A stretch of 64,000 nucleotides of DNA from Candidatus Onthoplasma sp. (lineage in GTDB: Bacteria > Bacillota > Clostridia > Christensenellales > UBA1242), in the NCBI GenBank assembly GCA_051883515.1, contig JBJETW010000009.1:64421-128420 (forward strand). Direction: 5' to 3'. A program made the position numbers and the translations under genes. The notes beneath the pieces were generated by a model, which worked only from the letters and a program-made list of their open reading frames with translations, had not been told where the DNA came from and searched no databases. This document shows, piece by piece, positions 10,076 through 21,155 of this stretch (its first letter is position 1; each line of letters begins with the position of its first letter).

Positions 10076-11128
10076 ATGACAAGAGAACAATTAGACGAAT
10101 TGAGCATCTACACTCTTCGCGAATTGGCACGAAAAATTGGTGTTGCCTCTCCAACAAGCAAGAAAAAAGATGATTTAATAAATGGAATAATTGAAATCCA
10201 AGAAGGGAAGGTTGCTCCATATGTTGCAAAGACAAAGCAAGGAAGACCTCCAAAAGGGCTCGGATATGATTTTTCGAACGTGTTTAATAGTCCGGTTTCA
10301 GCGAGTTTTGCTTTAAAACAGAACACTGGAGACGAAAACGAAATTCTCGGTTCAGTGGTCGGATTTGTTGAGATTTTGGTTGGCAATTCTGCATTTTTGT
10401 GGGTAAATGTTGACGAAGATTATGTTTGTTATTATATTTCACCTGAAATAACAATTCAGTGCAATTTAAAAACTGGTGACAAGGTTAAAGCAAGCGTCAA
10501 AGTCGAAGATAACCAAATGTTGGTTGAAAAAATAAATTCAGTCAACGGCGGAGAATGCAAAATCGTAAATAGAAATGATTATTTTTCAATTGACCACATT
10601 TGTCCATCAAGACCAATGAAATTTTCAAAAGAAGAAAACAAAAAATTGGGAATAATGTATGGCGAAAGCGTATATTTTTATGGTTCTAACAATAACAACA
10701 ACACTCTTGCAATTGCAAGTCTAGTTGAAGATGCACAAAACGTTGAAAAAATTTATCTAAACATTTCAATTGCAGATAAAAACAAATATTTGTTGCAGAA
10801 TTTTAAAGATTCGGAAAAGTTTATCTCTCAAATAACAAATTCAGTGGATATGGCAAAGAAAATCGTCGGTTTGGCAGTTGAAAGAGCAAAACGCGCAATG
10901 GAAAGTGGAAAAGATGTTTTGCTTGTTGTTGATGACGTCAATTCAATCAGTTCACTTGTTGAAATGGACGATTCAATTTTAAAAAATCTCATGGTTGTCA
11001 CAAAAAATTCAACGCTCGGTTCAATAACACTTTTTGCAATAATTCCAAACAGACAAATTTCTTGGTATGAAAAACTTGCAGACAAAAGATTTAAAATTGA
11101 AAATGAAAAAATAGAAGAGTTAATTTAA
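10076..11128 (+). CDS. Rho-like protein lacking a Walker A motif
   Basis: Rho_N ([15 protein letters not shown]), Rho CSD-like region ([14 protein letters not shown]...[18 protein letters not shown]), RecA-like core with [10 protein letters not shown], but GSNNNNNT where Rho has PPKAGKT. Confidence 0.7.
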   Translation: [350 protein letters not shown]

Positions 11129-11455
11129 CTCTTTTTTTATTATCACCATTTTTGTTTTTTATTGTTTGAGTATAAAAAATTCGTTAAAAAATTTAATTTT
11201 TTATAAAAATAAAAGAAAATAATTAAATTTTCAAAAAAATAACGCAAATTTTTAATTTTTTTATTAAATTTTTCAATTTTTTTGTTTTAAATTAAATATG
11301 TTTGTTGAAATTTTTGTTTGTAATAATTTGTAAATTTTTAACTAAATTTAGTTTTTTTGTTTGTAAAAACAAATATTATGTGATAAAATAACAATAAATA
11401 AATTTATTGTGTTTTTAGTTTGACTTGAATAAAGAATGGTTGTAAAGGGGGATAA

Positions 11456-14400
11456 ATGACCAAAATCAAAAAGTCGATTTTAGCATTTATAAGTTTTGGT
11501 GTGTTGTTGGCAACGCTCGTTTTCTTTTTCGCTCCTGTTTCAACTTCAAAAACTGAAATCTCTTCTGCTGTTGTAAATGAAGACGCGTCAAATTTAACTC
11601 TTTCATGGGGGAACTCTTCAAACGAGAGCACAGAAGTTATTAATATTTTTAGTTCTATTGAAAAAAATGATATTAAAGACGAAAACAATAATGTTATTGG
11701 AACATGGTCAGATTCAAGTTTTGACATTTATGGCGGAGATAAAATTTATTTAACAAATGAAAACAATGGTTCAGTGTCAATCTGTTTCAATGGAACAACA
11801 AACAAAGTGACATTAACTCCTAAATATGGTTATCGTGTATCAACAATAACAATGGGTTCAACGAATAGTAAGGAAAGATTTAAACTTACTTTTTCCTACG
11901 CTGATGACTATTCAAATATCCCAACAGATTGGACTGTTTCTAATACAACATCAACATTTAATGGGACAGGCACAAACCAATATCTAACTCCTGAAGATTT
12001 GGACCCAAACTTTGACGGAACATTATGTTTCAAAGCAACGATGCAAGAACTCTCATACAAAGCATATTTGTACTATTATGCTTTGCCCGATGGAGAAACC
12101 GCGATAGAAAACGAGGATTACATTATTCAAACGATAACTAACACAAGCAGTGTGAATTTCCCAACAAGTGTGTCAAAAACATATGACGACAAAGTGTTTG
12201 GATATTGGATGATAGTAGGCGGTGTTAATAATTATAATTATACGTATTCTAATGAGAATAAGAAACTTACTGTAGAAAAAGGAACCAACAAGTGGACATT
12301 TGATGTCGACAAGACCTTAACAAACTTAGACGGGAATACGGTTTATAAAGTGACGACAATTCAGGGAAATGCTGATTTAAATGATTCAAATCTTTTGAGA
12401 GCAAAATGGTCAACTTTGTATACAATCACTTTTGATACTGGGAAAACTGCCAATACCATCAGCGATGTCTTGATAAACTCTTCAACAAATGGTGATAATC
12501 AAATTCAAATTCAAGATGGATATTATTATAACCAAAGTGCATTTCCATGTTTCAAGAATCAGGCGTTTTATGATGAGTTAGATTATTATTCAAATAATGT
12601 TTATAAAGAGTACTCAGCGTCTGTTGAGACAGTAAAAGGAACTGAGAATTATTATTTATCTTGTTATGGATATGACATCTCAGGTTGGTACATCTATATT
12701 GGTGAAGAAAACAACTACAAGTATTTTATCTATGATAAAAATAATACAGTTTGGACTTGGACTGCCACATTTACAGATGCCATAAATGATATTAAAAACC
12801 TTTATACATATGATAAAAATAACACCGATACAGGAAGAAATAGTTTAGGGGATATGGCAGGATTTGCAGAATCGCTTGATATCAGCAGTTATTCTGACGT
12901 AATAACAATGACACCTGTATGGACACCGGCAAAAATTGAGGTTCAACAGCCGGATGAAAAAGGAACTACTAGTGCAACCACAACAATCACTTACGGAACA
13001 ATCATTTACGGAAATAATTATTCTTTATCGTCGGCGGATGCGCCAGCTGGGCAATCAATTGTGGCATATAAAGCAAATAATAATGAACAACTTATTCCGT
13101 TAAGCGGAACGTGGAATTTCACATCTTCAGGGATGCCAAATGGCAATTTTAAATCAACAACCGATTATTCATTCACATACACGTTGGAAGTCACCCAAGT
13201 TTGTGTTGACAATATCTATAAGATAAGTTTGAAGGACATAAAACCAACGACAATAGGTGGAAATTTATATCAACTTGATTCCGAAAAAACCAATTTTACA
13301 TTTGTGGAAAATCAAAATTATTGGACCACAGGTTTAAAACGATTAATGGATAAAGATGGCAATTTTGTCGGTTTTACTATGCCATTATCTTCTCAATCTA
13401 ATGGTCAGTTTATTGAAGATTATGCCAGTGTGCTTAGTGACAAAATTGATGACTATAAAGATGGTTTAGAACATCAAACTTTAGATTGTTTTAAGAAAGT
13501 GTTTTCAGAATATGGAGAGTTTAACAAAACAGGATGGACGACAAATAATACATTAAATGGTGAATATTCTGGCACTGACGCCGACCCTAAATTTTATATT
13601 TATCTTTACAATGGACAAGTTATAAAAGAAGATGAGAGTTTCAAGACTCAATTGCCAGTGTTTAAAAACGACACATATCTAACAATTTTCTACAATCAAG
13701 ATGTTGATGGAACAATTAACACTTCTGGTGACTATCAATATTTGACGAAGGCGTATTCAACCGACTTGGAAGAAAAAACTTTTGACGATGACGGCAATCA
13801 AGTCGGCAGTACTCCAATATATAGTAATTTAAAAAATGAGTGGAAATATAACACAACAAATTCAACCACACTTTCTGCGTACAATTTCAGAAAATATTTA
13901 TATCTTAATCCTCAAACATTGTTTGATGATGCAATTCAAAGAGTTGGTTATATCAAAATTGATATAAATGACACAATTGAAGAAACACAAAGCACATACA
14001 TTGCAATTGCGACAGAAGATAATAGTGCAATGAATGTTTATAATGTTGACGCAGTTGAGAATATAAAAAGTGACACAACACTTTTAAAAATAATAAAGTT
14101 TAAAAATGGAAATTCTGTGATTGACTTTAAGTTGTATATTGGTTGCGATTTAACTGTCACATATTTTGACCAATCTAAGGATCCAACAAACATGGCAACT
14201 GGAAATTTTGACAGCATGATTGGTTATAGGTTGTCAAATTGGTCAATGACAACACTTGGATATACTTGGGATTCAAAGACATACAATTATAGCGGGTCGG
14301 GAACAATACCTGAAAATTTCACAACTAAAATTTTAGAAAATACAATCAAAGGAAAAAATTATAACAATGGCGACAGTATCACAATCACCGCCAACTTTGA

Positions 14401-17344
14401 AAAAATAAATTATGATTTAACAATTCAGTTGGTGAATAAAGATGGCGAAACTGGAAGCAACGTTCATTCAGGTTGGTTTACTGTTAAAGGTGCTGTTTCA
14501 GCAACTGGAAATAGTGCAAACGGATACACTGTCAATTTGATTGGACTTAAAGTTGATGACCAAATTGCAATCACTTACATGGCTTATTCAGGTTTTGAAT
14601 TTAATGGTGTCAATTCTTTCGTTTTGACTTATAAAGGCGAAAATGAAAACACAATTACAATCAATTTCGTTCCAGAAGAAGGCACACAAACATACACGTT
14701 GAATCTTGATGGAAAGTGGTTAAGAGAAAATCATTATTCGTCGCACAACACTGGAACAGAAGACAATCCAATTTATGATGGATTTACTGGCTATCCAACA
14801 ACTGATGCCACACTTGGAACAATGGCAATAAAAACAAAAGGAATCACTTTTAATGCGGTTTACAATTTTGTTGACACACAAGGAAAAGAAATTAAAATAA
14901 GCACAATTGAAGATTATAATTTAGCGTCAGGCACTCAAACAAATTCGGAAGTTAAAATTCAATTCACGATGGGAGAAAACGGAGTTTTAACTTTTGAGAG
15001 AATTCCATTAATCGAAGAAAATGGAATGTATGTGTTTAAATATGAAAACGATAGTTATGCACTTTTAAAATCATATTTCAAAAATGACATAAATGGAAAT
15101 GTTGTTAAGCAAAAAGAATACGCTTTCCCACTTGAGACTGATGTTGAATCAACAAATTTATCCGCATTGAATGACTTGGGAACTATCTTCACTTTTGAAA
15201 CAGGTAAAATTTTAAGTTTAGAACAAAGAACAATCACCATGACATGTGAAATTGCAAAAATTTTCACAATAACAGTGAATGTGAAACAAATTTCGGGCAC
15301 AGACGAAAATGGTGTTGTTTATGGTGACCCAAATGCCACCACAAGGACAATAACCTTGACAAACACAGACTCAAATTCAAGCACATTGCTTGTTGAGAAA
15401 GGCACAAATTTGTCAGATGGTTCTTATGGTTCAGTGACAATTTATACATATGACGGACTCACGACAACTTTAAATGCAATTTATGACACAATGCATTATC
15501 AAGGATTTAAATATTCAATTAATTTAAGCACTGAAGAAACAAGTTCAACAGACACTTTGACACTTTCTTCAGAAGATAATACGTCTGTTGATATTACCTT
15601 CATTCCAAAGCCAATTCATATGCAAATTTTGATTACAAAAGATGATATAGAATTAGATTTGGAGAATGACGATGTAAAAAATATTAATTCTGAAATTTTA
15701 AAAGTTATTAATAATAAAGCAAATTATTATTTTGGAACAGTTGCGATAGATAAAGATGTAAAAATTTGCGAGATGGTGAACAGCGATTATAACCTTGAAA
15801 TTTTATTAAACGACCATGAATTAGGATATAAACTTGTAGAAAACAAAGAGGGCAAGATTGTCACGGCACAAACATTAGCGGAGACTAAGGTTGAAGCGGT
15901 TGATATAACAAAAGGAGTGTTAACATTACACTTGAAGTTGATTAGAAAGCCAAATGCAGACATTGTTGTCAAATTTGGATTGAAGTCTGATGAAAATCTT
16001 GGAAACGAAGATTTTGGAACAATAACTTGGACACCAACTTCCGGAGTGGAAACAACAGGGTCAGAAGTCAATTTTAATGCAATTTTGGGTTCAAAAGTGG
16101 AAGTTAAAGTGGAATTAAATGCCGGATATGATTTTGCTTGGAATAATGACAAAGTGTTGGTTTCACAAAACTATTACACACCAACAGGTTATAATTATGA
16201 TAAAGACTCAAAAACTTTAACAATATCTGAAAATTTCTCAGAAAATGGAAAGGGAACATATATAATACAGCTCACCAAGATTGATTTAAAATTTGAACTT
16301 GACACATCTTCAAGCAAATTGACAAATCCGAGTGAATATTACAAATTGAAAACCCAATCTAATGACGAAATTAAATTTTCAACAACCTTAAAAGTGGGTC
16401 AAACGATAAAATTTGTTGCGACCGAAGCGGACGACGAAGTTATTGACTATTTCTACTATGAATATCAAGATGAAGGAAGTGAAACGGTTAGAGTTGAAAT
16501 TCCAAACGGAACAACATTAACAATCACAAACGATTTGATTGAAAAAATGGAGCAACAACAAAACGGGAATGGAAGAAAACTCACAGTAAAAATTGCTGTT
16601 ATTCCAAAATATTGTTTAAATGTTGAATATGTGGACAATTCAAATGCACTTTTATTGGGCGGAAAAGCATATGCGACAGTGAGCGGTGTAAGTTATGAAT
16701 TTGGAACAAAAATGGTCAACTCAACAACTGTTAGTGTGACTGCAGATACAATTGTGAATGGAAAGTATACAATTTCATATTTAATTAAAGACTTGAGCGG
16801 AAACGAATTGAGTTCGGGAAGTGGTGACACAATGTTAATAGATATTGCGCTGGACAAAGAAAAGACTTTATCAATTTTAGTTCAACCAAAGCAATATGGA
16901 ATTACAATTCAAGACATGATTTACAACAATCTCTCTCAATTAAGCGATGGAACGAGCGAAACATATTCAGAACCAGAAAATGTACAGAACAACGATATTG
17001 AAAGTGACTATGCTTCAACAGCGGTTGTGAAAATAATGCTAACAACTGAAACAGCTGAAAATTCTGGTTCAGATTTAAGATATGTGATTCTAAGCGGAAA
17101 CGAAAGTCAAAAAATTAGATTAGTTTTCTCTTCATCAGCGGACAGAAAAATCCAAAATGTTGCTTTGCAAGAATGGAGTGAAGATGAAAGTAAATTTGTG
17201 GACTCAACGAAAGCTATTTCAGAATTTGGATATTCAATAAATATCAATGAGACTGAAAATATGTTGGAAATCACATATGTTGTAAACAACAATATTGTTG
17301 TTAAATGTGAATACATAAAGAATTTCACAATATCGCAAATATAA
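11456..17344 (+). CDS. giant (1962 aa) N-terminally anchored surface protein built from degenerate InlB-B-repeat-like modules
   Basis: GGGGG SD; N-terminal TM/signal; recurrent GY-x-F/L-x-x-W motifs (FGYWMI, YGYDISGWYI, IGYRLSNWSM, AGYDFAWNN); N/T/Y-rich; no LPXTG. Confidence 0.8.
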   Translation: MTKIKKSILAFISFGVLLATLVFFFAPVSTSKTEISSAVVNEDASNLTLSWGNSSNESTEVINIFSSIEKNDIKDENNNVIGTWSDSSFDIYGGDKIYLTNENNGSVSICFNGTTNKVTLTPKYGYRVSTITMGSTNSKERFKLTFSYADDYSNIPTDWTVSNTTSTFNGTGTNQYLTPEDLDPNFDGTLCFKATMQELSYKAYLYYYALPDGETAIENEDYIIQTITNTSSVNFPTSVSKTYDDKVFGYWMIVGGVNNYNYTYSNENKKLTVEKGTNKWTFDVDKTLTNLDGNTVYKVTTIQGNADLNDSNLLRAKWSTLYTITFDTGKTANTISDVLINSSTNGDNQIQIQDGYYYNQSAFPCFKNQAFYDELDYYSNNVYKEYSASVETVKGTENYYLSCYGYDISGWYIYIGEENNYKYFIYDKNNTVWTWTATFTDAINDIKNLYTYDKNNTDTGRNSLGDMAGFAESLDISSYSDVITMTPVWTPAKIEVQQPDEKGTTSATTTITYGTIIYGNNYSLSSADAPAGQSIVAYKANNNEQLIPLSGTWNFTSSGMPNGNFKSTTDYSFTYTLEVTQVCVDNIYKISLKDIKPTTIGGNLYQLDSEKTNFTFVENQNYWTTGLKRLMDKDGNFVGFTMPLSSQSNGQFIEDYASVLSDKIDDYKDGLEHQTLDCFKKVFSEYGEFNKTGWTTNNTLNGEYSGTDADPKFYIYLYNGQVIKEDESFKTQLPVFKNDTYLTIFYNQDVDGTINTSGDYQYLTKAYSTDLEEKTFDDDGNQVGSTPIYSNLKNEWKYNTTNSTTLSAYNFRKYLYLNPQTLFDDAIQRVGYIKIDINDTIEETQSTYIAIATEDNSAMNVYNVDAVENIKSDTTLLKIIKFKNGNSVIDFKLYIGCDLTVTYFDQSKDPTNMATGNFDSMIGYRLSNWSMTTLGYTWDSKTYNYSGSGTIPENFTTKILENTIKGKNYNNGDSITITANFEKINYDLTIQLVNKDGETGSNVHSGWFTVKGAVSATGNSANGYTVNLIGLKVDDQIAITYMAYSGFEFNGVNSFVLTYKGENENTITINFVPEEGTQTYTLNLDGKWLRENHYSSHNTGTEDNPIYDGFTGYPTTDATLGTMAIKTKGITFNAVYNFVDTQGKEIKISTIEDYNLASGTQTNSEVKIQFTMGENGVLTFERIPLIEENGMYVFKYENDSYALLKSYFKNDINGNVVKQKEYAFPLETDVESTNLSALNDLGTIFTFETGKILSLEQRTITMTCEIAKIFTITVNVKQISGTDENGVVYGDPNATTRTITLTNTDSNSSTLLVEKGTNLSDGSYGSVTIYTYDGLTTTLNAIYDTMHYQGFKYSINLSTEETSSTDTLTLSSEDNTSVDITFIPKPIHMQILITKDDIELDLENDDVKNINSEILKVINNKANYYFGTVAIDKDVKICEMVNSDYNLEILLNDHELGYKLVENKEGKIVTAQTLAETKVEAVDITKGVLTLHLKLIRKPNADIVVKFGLKSDENLGNEDFGTITWTPTSGVETTGSEVNFNAILGSKVEVKVELNAGYDFAWNNDKVLVSQNYYTPTGYNYDKDSKTLTISENFSENGKGTYIIQLTKIDLKFELDTSSSKLTNPSEYYKLKTQSNDEIKFSTTLKVGQTIKFVATEADDEVIDYFYYEYQDEGSETVRVEIPNGTTLTITNDLIEKMEQQQNGNGRKLTVKIAVIPKYCLNVEYVDNSNALLLGGKAYATVSGVSYEFGTKMVNSTTVSVTADTIVNGKYTISYLIKDLSGNELSSGSGDTMLIDIALDKEKTLSILVQPKQYGITIQDMIYNNLSQLSDGTSETYSEPENVQNNDIESDYASTAVVKIMLTTETAENSGSDLRYVILSGNESQKIRLVFSSSADRKIQNVALQEWSEDESKFVDSTKAISEFGYSININETENMLEITYVVNNNIVVKCEYIKNFTISQI

Positions 17345-17346
17345 CG

Positions 17347-17372
17347 AAAAAGGACGTTTTGTCCTTTTTTTT
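17347..17372 (+). terminator. intrinsic terminator after giant gene
   Basis: AAAAAGGAC-GTTTT-GTCCTTTTTTTT. Confidence 0.85.
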
Positions 17373-17504
17373 GTTTCACATAAATTTTTTGATTTAAATT
17401 TTAAAAATCAAAATAAGTTTTATGTAAATTAAAAAATTATTTAATCAATTTGTTGGATATTTGAATTTATTGTGTTAAAATTAGTTTAACTCTTTGGGGG
17501 AAAT

Positions 17505-18761
17505 ATGGAAAATGCTCAAGAAAATAAATTTTTAAATTTTATCAAGAAAAATTATCTTGCAGTCAATCTTTCAATTTTGGCTGTATTGTTTTTCATAAAT
17601 TGCTTTACTCAGCATGCAATTTGGGTCGTTTTCCCAATTCTTTTGTGCTTTCTTATGTTCGGAAAACTTGAAGATTCATATTCATATTTGCTCTTTTCAA
17701 CTCCATTTTGTTTTGTGGGTGGATATACAGGATTAACAGTGTTTTTTGTTGTGTGCGGACTGTTTTTTATAAAATATTTTTGCATTCTTGTAAAACAAAA
17801 AAACAAACTAACAAAAGCTCAAACTATTGTGCTTTTAATTTTCCTTATATATATGGTGATTCCAATTGGTGGATATAACATCAATTTCTTGTATCGTTTT
17901 GTGGGAATTATGTTGGTTCTTTTCACAATTTGGGTGTTGGTTAATCAACCTGAAATTTTAAATGTAAAGAAAAATATCAGAATTTTTTCACTTGCTGTCA
18001 TAATTTCTGCTTTGTTCTCGCTTTTATATTTTGTTTCGCCATACTTGCAATCTTCAATGTTGTTAAATCAAGAAGATGGTTTCATAAGATTTCAAGCATT
18101 GATTGGTCACCCTAACACGTTCGCATTATTGTGTGTGATTGCAATGGCAATTCTTGCACATTTATTCATTCAAAAACCAAATTGGGTAGATGGAGTGTTG
18201 TTCGTTTTGCTTGCCTTGTTGGGATTTTTAACTCTTTCAAAAATGTACATTATTTTGTTTGCGGTTATCATGCTTTTTGTATTAATCTGGTTGTTTAAAA
18301 TAAACTGGAAGAAAGCATTAATTGTTGTTGCTGTCTTGTTGGCTGGAGTTGGAGTTGTGGCGATAATAAAACCTTCAATTTTCACAACAATAATTCATCG
18401 TTTTATCGGGAAAGGAACAGGTTTTGGTTCATTCAGAGATTTTATGAACGCAATTACGACTCTTAGATATGACTTGTGGATTAATTATCTTTCATTTATG
18501 GGCACACACCCATTGAGATTGATTTTTGGTTGTGGAATTGGGGCGAATGTAATTGACCCTTTGAGTCCGCACAACGCATACATATCAATGGTATATCAAC
18601 TTGGAATTGTGGGAACAGCGTTGTTTGTTGCAGTTATTGTGCTGTTGTTTAAGTCTAACAAAGCGAAAGAAAAAAAGAAATTTCAATGGTCTCTATTGAT
18701 TCCTATTATAGTTTTGGCACTTATTTGTTGCATTGATGACCTTGTTTTCCACATTATTTAA
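17505..18761 (+). CDS. O-antigen ligase/Wzy_C-like polytopic membrane protein
   Basis: About 10-12 TM segments; loop with PHNAYISMVYQLGIVG resembling the Wzy_C/O-antigen ligase signature. Confidence 0.65.
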   Translation: MENAQENKFLNFIKKNYLAVNLSILAVLFFINCFTQHAIWVVFPILLCFLMFGKLEDSYSYLLFSTPFCFVGGYTGLTVFFVVCGLFFIKYFCILVKQKNKLTKAQTIVLLIFLIYMVIPIGGYNINFLYRFVGIMLVLFTIWVLVNQPEILNVKKNIRIFSLAVIISALFSLLYFVSPYLQSSMLLNQEDGFIRFQALIGHPNTFALLCVIAMAILAHLFIQKPNWVDGVLFVLLALLGFLTLSKMYIILFAVIMLFVLIWLFKINWKKALIVVAVLLAGVGVVAIIKPSIFTTIIHRFIGKGTGFGSFRDFMNAITTLRYDLWINYLSFMGTHPLRLIFGCGIGANVIDPLSPHNAYISMVYQLGIVGTALFVAVIVLLFKSNKAKEKKKFQWSLLIPIIVLALICCIDDLVFHII

Positions 18762-18802
18762 ATTGAAAGTTTAATTAAGTAAATTTAAGCAATAATTAAT
18801 GT

Positions 18803-19486
18803 ATGGACAGCATTCTATATTTAATTTTATTATCAACAACGAGTGTGGTTGCATTGTTTATTATTGCAAAATTGTTGGGCAAAAAACAAGTTGCACAACT
18901 TGATTTCATTGACTATGTGATAGGAATTTCAATTGGCTCAATTGCGGCAGAAATGGCAACAGACGTCAATGATAAACCGCTATATTATTATTTAATTGCG
19001 ATGGCAATTTACTTTTTGTTTGACTTGTCGATAACGCTGTTAGGTAGAAAGTCTCCCGGATTAAAACATTTTCTCAAAGGAAGACCATTAACAATAATTT
19101 ACAATGGGGAAATTGATTATAAAATTCTAAAGAAAAGCAAATTGGACATCAACGATGTTTTAACTCTTGCTCGTGCGCAGGGTTATTTTGATTTGCAAGA
19201 TATTGCATATGCGGTGTTTGAAAATAATGGAGAACTAAGTATAATGCCAAAAGGAAACCAGCGACCAACTGTTGCGAAAGATTTAGGTATAAAAGTGGAC
19301 AGGGCGGAACTGCCATTATACTTGGTTATTGATGGAATTATTTCAAAATCGTCACTGAATGAAATAAAAAAAGATAAAGAGTGGTTATTTTCTCGTTTAA
19401 AAATTTCCAAACGAAGTGAACTAAAAAAAATAATATTGGCAAGTTATGACAAAGAAAAAGACAAATTAACCATAACATATAAGTAA
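18803..19486 (+). CDS. DUF421 (YetF-like) membrane protein
   Basis: LLGKKQVAQLDFIDYVIGISIGSIAAEMA plus a C-terminal soluble domain, typical of YetF/DUF421. Confidence 0.7.
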   Translation: MDSILYLILLSTTSVVALFIIAKLLGKKQVAQLDFIDYVIGISIGSIAAEMATDVNDKPLYYYLIAMAIYFLFDLSITLLGRKSPGLKHFLKGRPLTIIYNGEIDYKILKKSKLDINDVLTLARAQGYFDLQDIAYAVFENNGELSIMPKGNQRPTVAKDLGIKVDRAELPLYLVIDGIISKSSLNEIKKDKEWLFSRLKISKRSELKKIILASYDKEKDKLTITYK

Positions 19487-19517
19487 TAAATCAGCAATTT
19501 TATCTTTTTAAAAAATT

Positions 19518-21122
19518 CTATTGGTTAATAAAAATTTTAACTAAAAATATAAAGATGTTAAATAAGCATAACAAAAAAACACCTATAAAATAGATGTTTT
19601 TCGCTGGTGCAGTTTGAATGTCAAAGCACGAACTTTGAGTATTAGTTAGAGCAGAATTTATCTGCTCTAATGTTTTTAAGTTTTCTTCTAGTGTTAGTTT
19701 TGGTTTATCTGGTGGTGTTGTAAAATTAAATAGTATTGTTAGTTTATCTTCATATAGGTATATCTGTCTAACAAAGGTGTTTATAATCAGTTTCCTTATC
19801 TTAATGTTTGTAGTATCTTCAAATACTTGTTTTCTTAAAAAGTGTTCTATTTCTTCCTTACTTAATAATGAATAATCTTTTAGTTTTTCTTTGTTTATTG
19901 CAATGTCTAGTTCTGCAAGTTCCGTTTCTAATTGTTGCAATCTAGTTTTTGTCATATCTGTTATTATTCCTTGTTCAATGGCTTTAAGTAAGTTTTGACT
20001 AGATTTATATACATCTTTTCTTTGCTTTTCAAGTAGTTTAAGAGTTGTGTTATCTTTAACCATATCTTGATGACAAGTATATATCTTATCTGCAAGCATA
20101 GAGATATTTTGTTCACTTCCTAAAAGATTAGATATTGAATTTATTACCATATCTTCTAAGAGTTGTTTTTGTATAGATTTCTTATCACAAGAACATCTCT
20201 TTTTTCTTTTTGATGCACAAGAGTAATAGTAATGAATTTCTTTTGTATGACTTGTTCCACTTTCACCAAACATTTTATGATTACATTTACCACAAATTAG
20301 TTTTCCAGAAAGTATATAATCAAAGATTTCTTTTTTTCTACTTGGTGCAAGTTTATTTTCTTCGTTTATAGCATTTACTTTGTTCCATAAAACATCATCT
20401 ATAATTCTAGGAAAGATTTTATCATAAACAACTCCGTGATGTTCTACTATACCTGTATATCTTGAATTGTGTAGTATCCATAAAACATATTTTTCATCAA
20501 AGTTTTTACCATTTATTCTATGATAACCTAAGTCGTTTAATGTTTCTGCTATAACTCTTGCTCGGTATCCGTTTGAATACATATCAAAAGCTTTTAATAC
20601 AATTTCTTTTTCATATTCGTTTACAACATATTTTTTGTTTACTATATCATATCCAAATATGTGATTTCCACCAGTAGCATTTCCTTTAAGCCAACTTTCT
20701 CTAAGTCCACGATTAACTTTTTGTGTAAGTTCTTCGCTGAAATATTGGTTAAAACCATCAAGTAATGCTTCCATTAAAGTTCCTTCAGGTGTATCAGGTA
20801 TATTTTCCATACACGATACAATTCTAACACCATTGTCTTTTAATGTTTTCTTGTGAATAACACTTTCATACTTGTTTCTGCTAAATCTATCTAGTTTGTA
20901 AACTAACACTAGTGAAAATTGATGGTTGCTACTATCTTTTAACATTTTTTGAAAAGCAACACGATTATCATTTGTTCCACTCATTGCTCGGTCAATGTAT
21001 GTGTCAACAATGACAATATCATTTTTTTCTGCATAATCTTTACAAACTCTAAGTTGTCCTTCAATACTTTGCTCGGTTTGACTATCCGAAATATATCTAG
21101 CATATATTACAGCTGTTTTCAT
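19518..21122 (-). CDS. large serine recombinase (integrase)
   Basis: N-terminal resolvase domain AVIYARYISDSQ...SIEGQ, recombinase domain, Cys-rich zinc ribbon (CGKCNHKM...CSCDKK), coiled coil; last 30 codons lie in host DNA beyond attL. Confidence 0.92.
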   Translation of the reverse strand: MKTAVIYARYISDSQTEQSIEGQLRVCKDYAEKNDIVIVDTYIDRAMSGTNDNRVAFQKMLKDSSNHQFSLVLVYKLDRFSRNKYESVIHKKTLKDNGVRIVSCMENIPDTPEGTLMEALLDGFNQYFSEELTQKVNRGLRESWLKGNATGGNHIFGYDIVNKKYVVNEYEKEIVLKAFDMYSNGYRARVIAETLNDLGYHRINGKNFDEKYVLWILHNSRYTGIVEHHGVVYDKIFPRIIDDVLWNKVNAINEENKLAPSRKKEIFDYILSGKLICGKCNHKMFGESGTSHTKEIHYYYSCASKRKKRCSCDKKSIQKQLLEDMVINSISNLLGSEQNISMLADKIYTCHQDMVKDNTTLKLLEKQRKDVYKSSQNLLKAIEQGIITDMTKTRLQQLETELAELDIAINKEKLKDYSLLSKEEIEHFLRKQVFEDTTNIKIRKLIINTFVRQIYLYEDKLTILFNFTTPPDKPKLTLEENLKTLEQINSALTNTQSSCFDIQTAPAKNIYFIGVFLLCLFNIFIFLVKIFINQ

Positions 21123-21155
21123 TTTTTATTTTCTCCTTTTATATTTATTTTTTTA

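Noticed and set aside
24-17379. Numerous antisense or out-of-frame track ORFs inside nifJ, tex, the giant gene and other long genes (e.g. 759-1070, 3472-3771, 15787-16152; likewise 49690-50178 and 25306-25725 further on)
   Set aside because: They are fully embedded in longer ORFs that carry strong family motifs, and they have no SD. They are typical AT-rich shadow ORFs.
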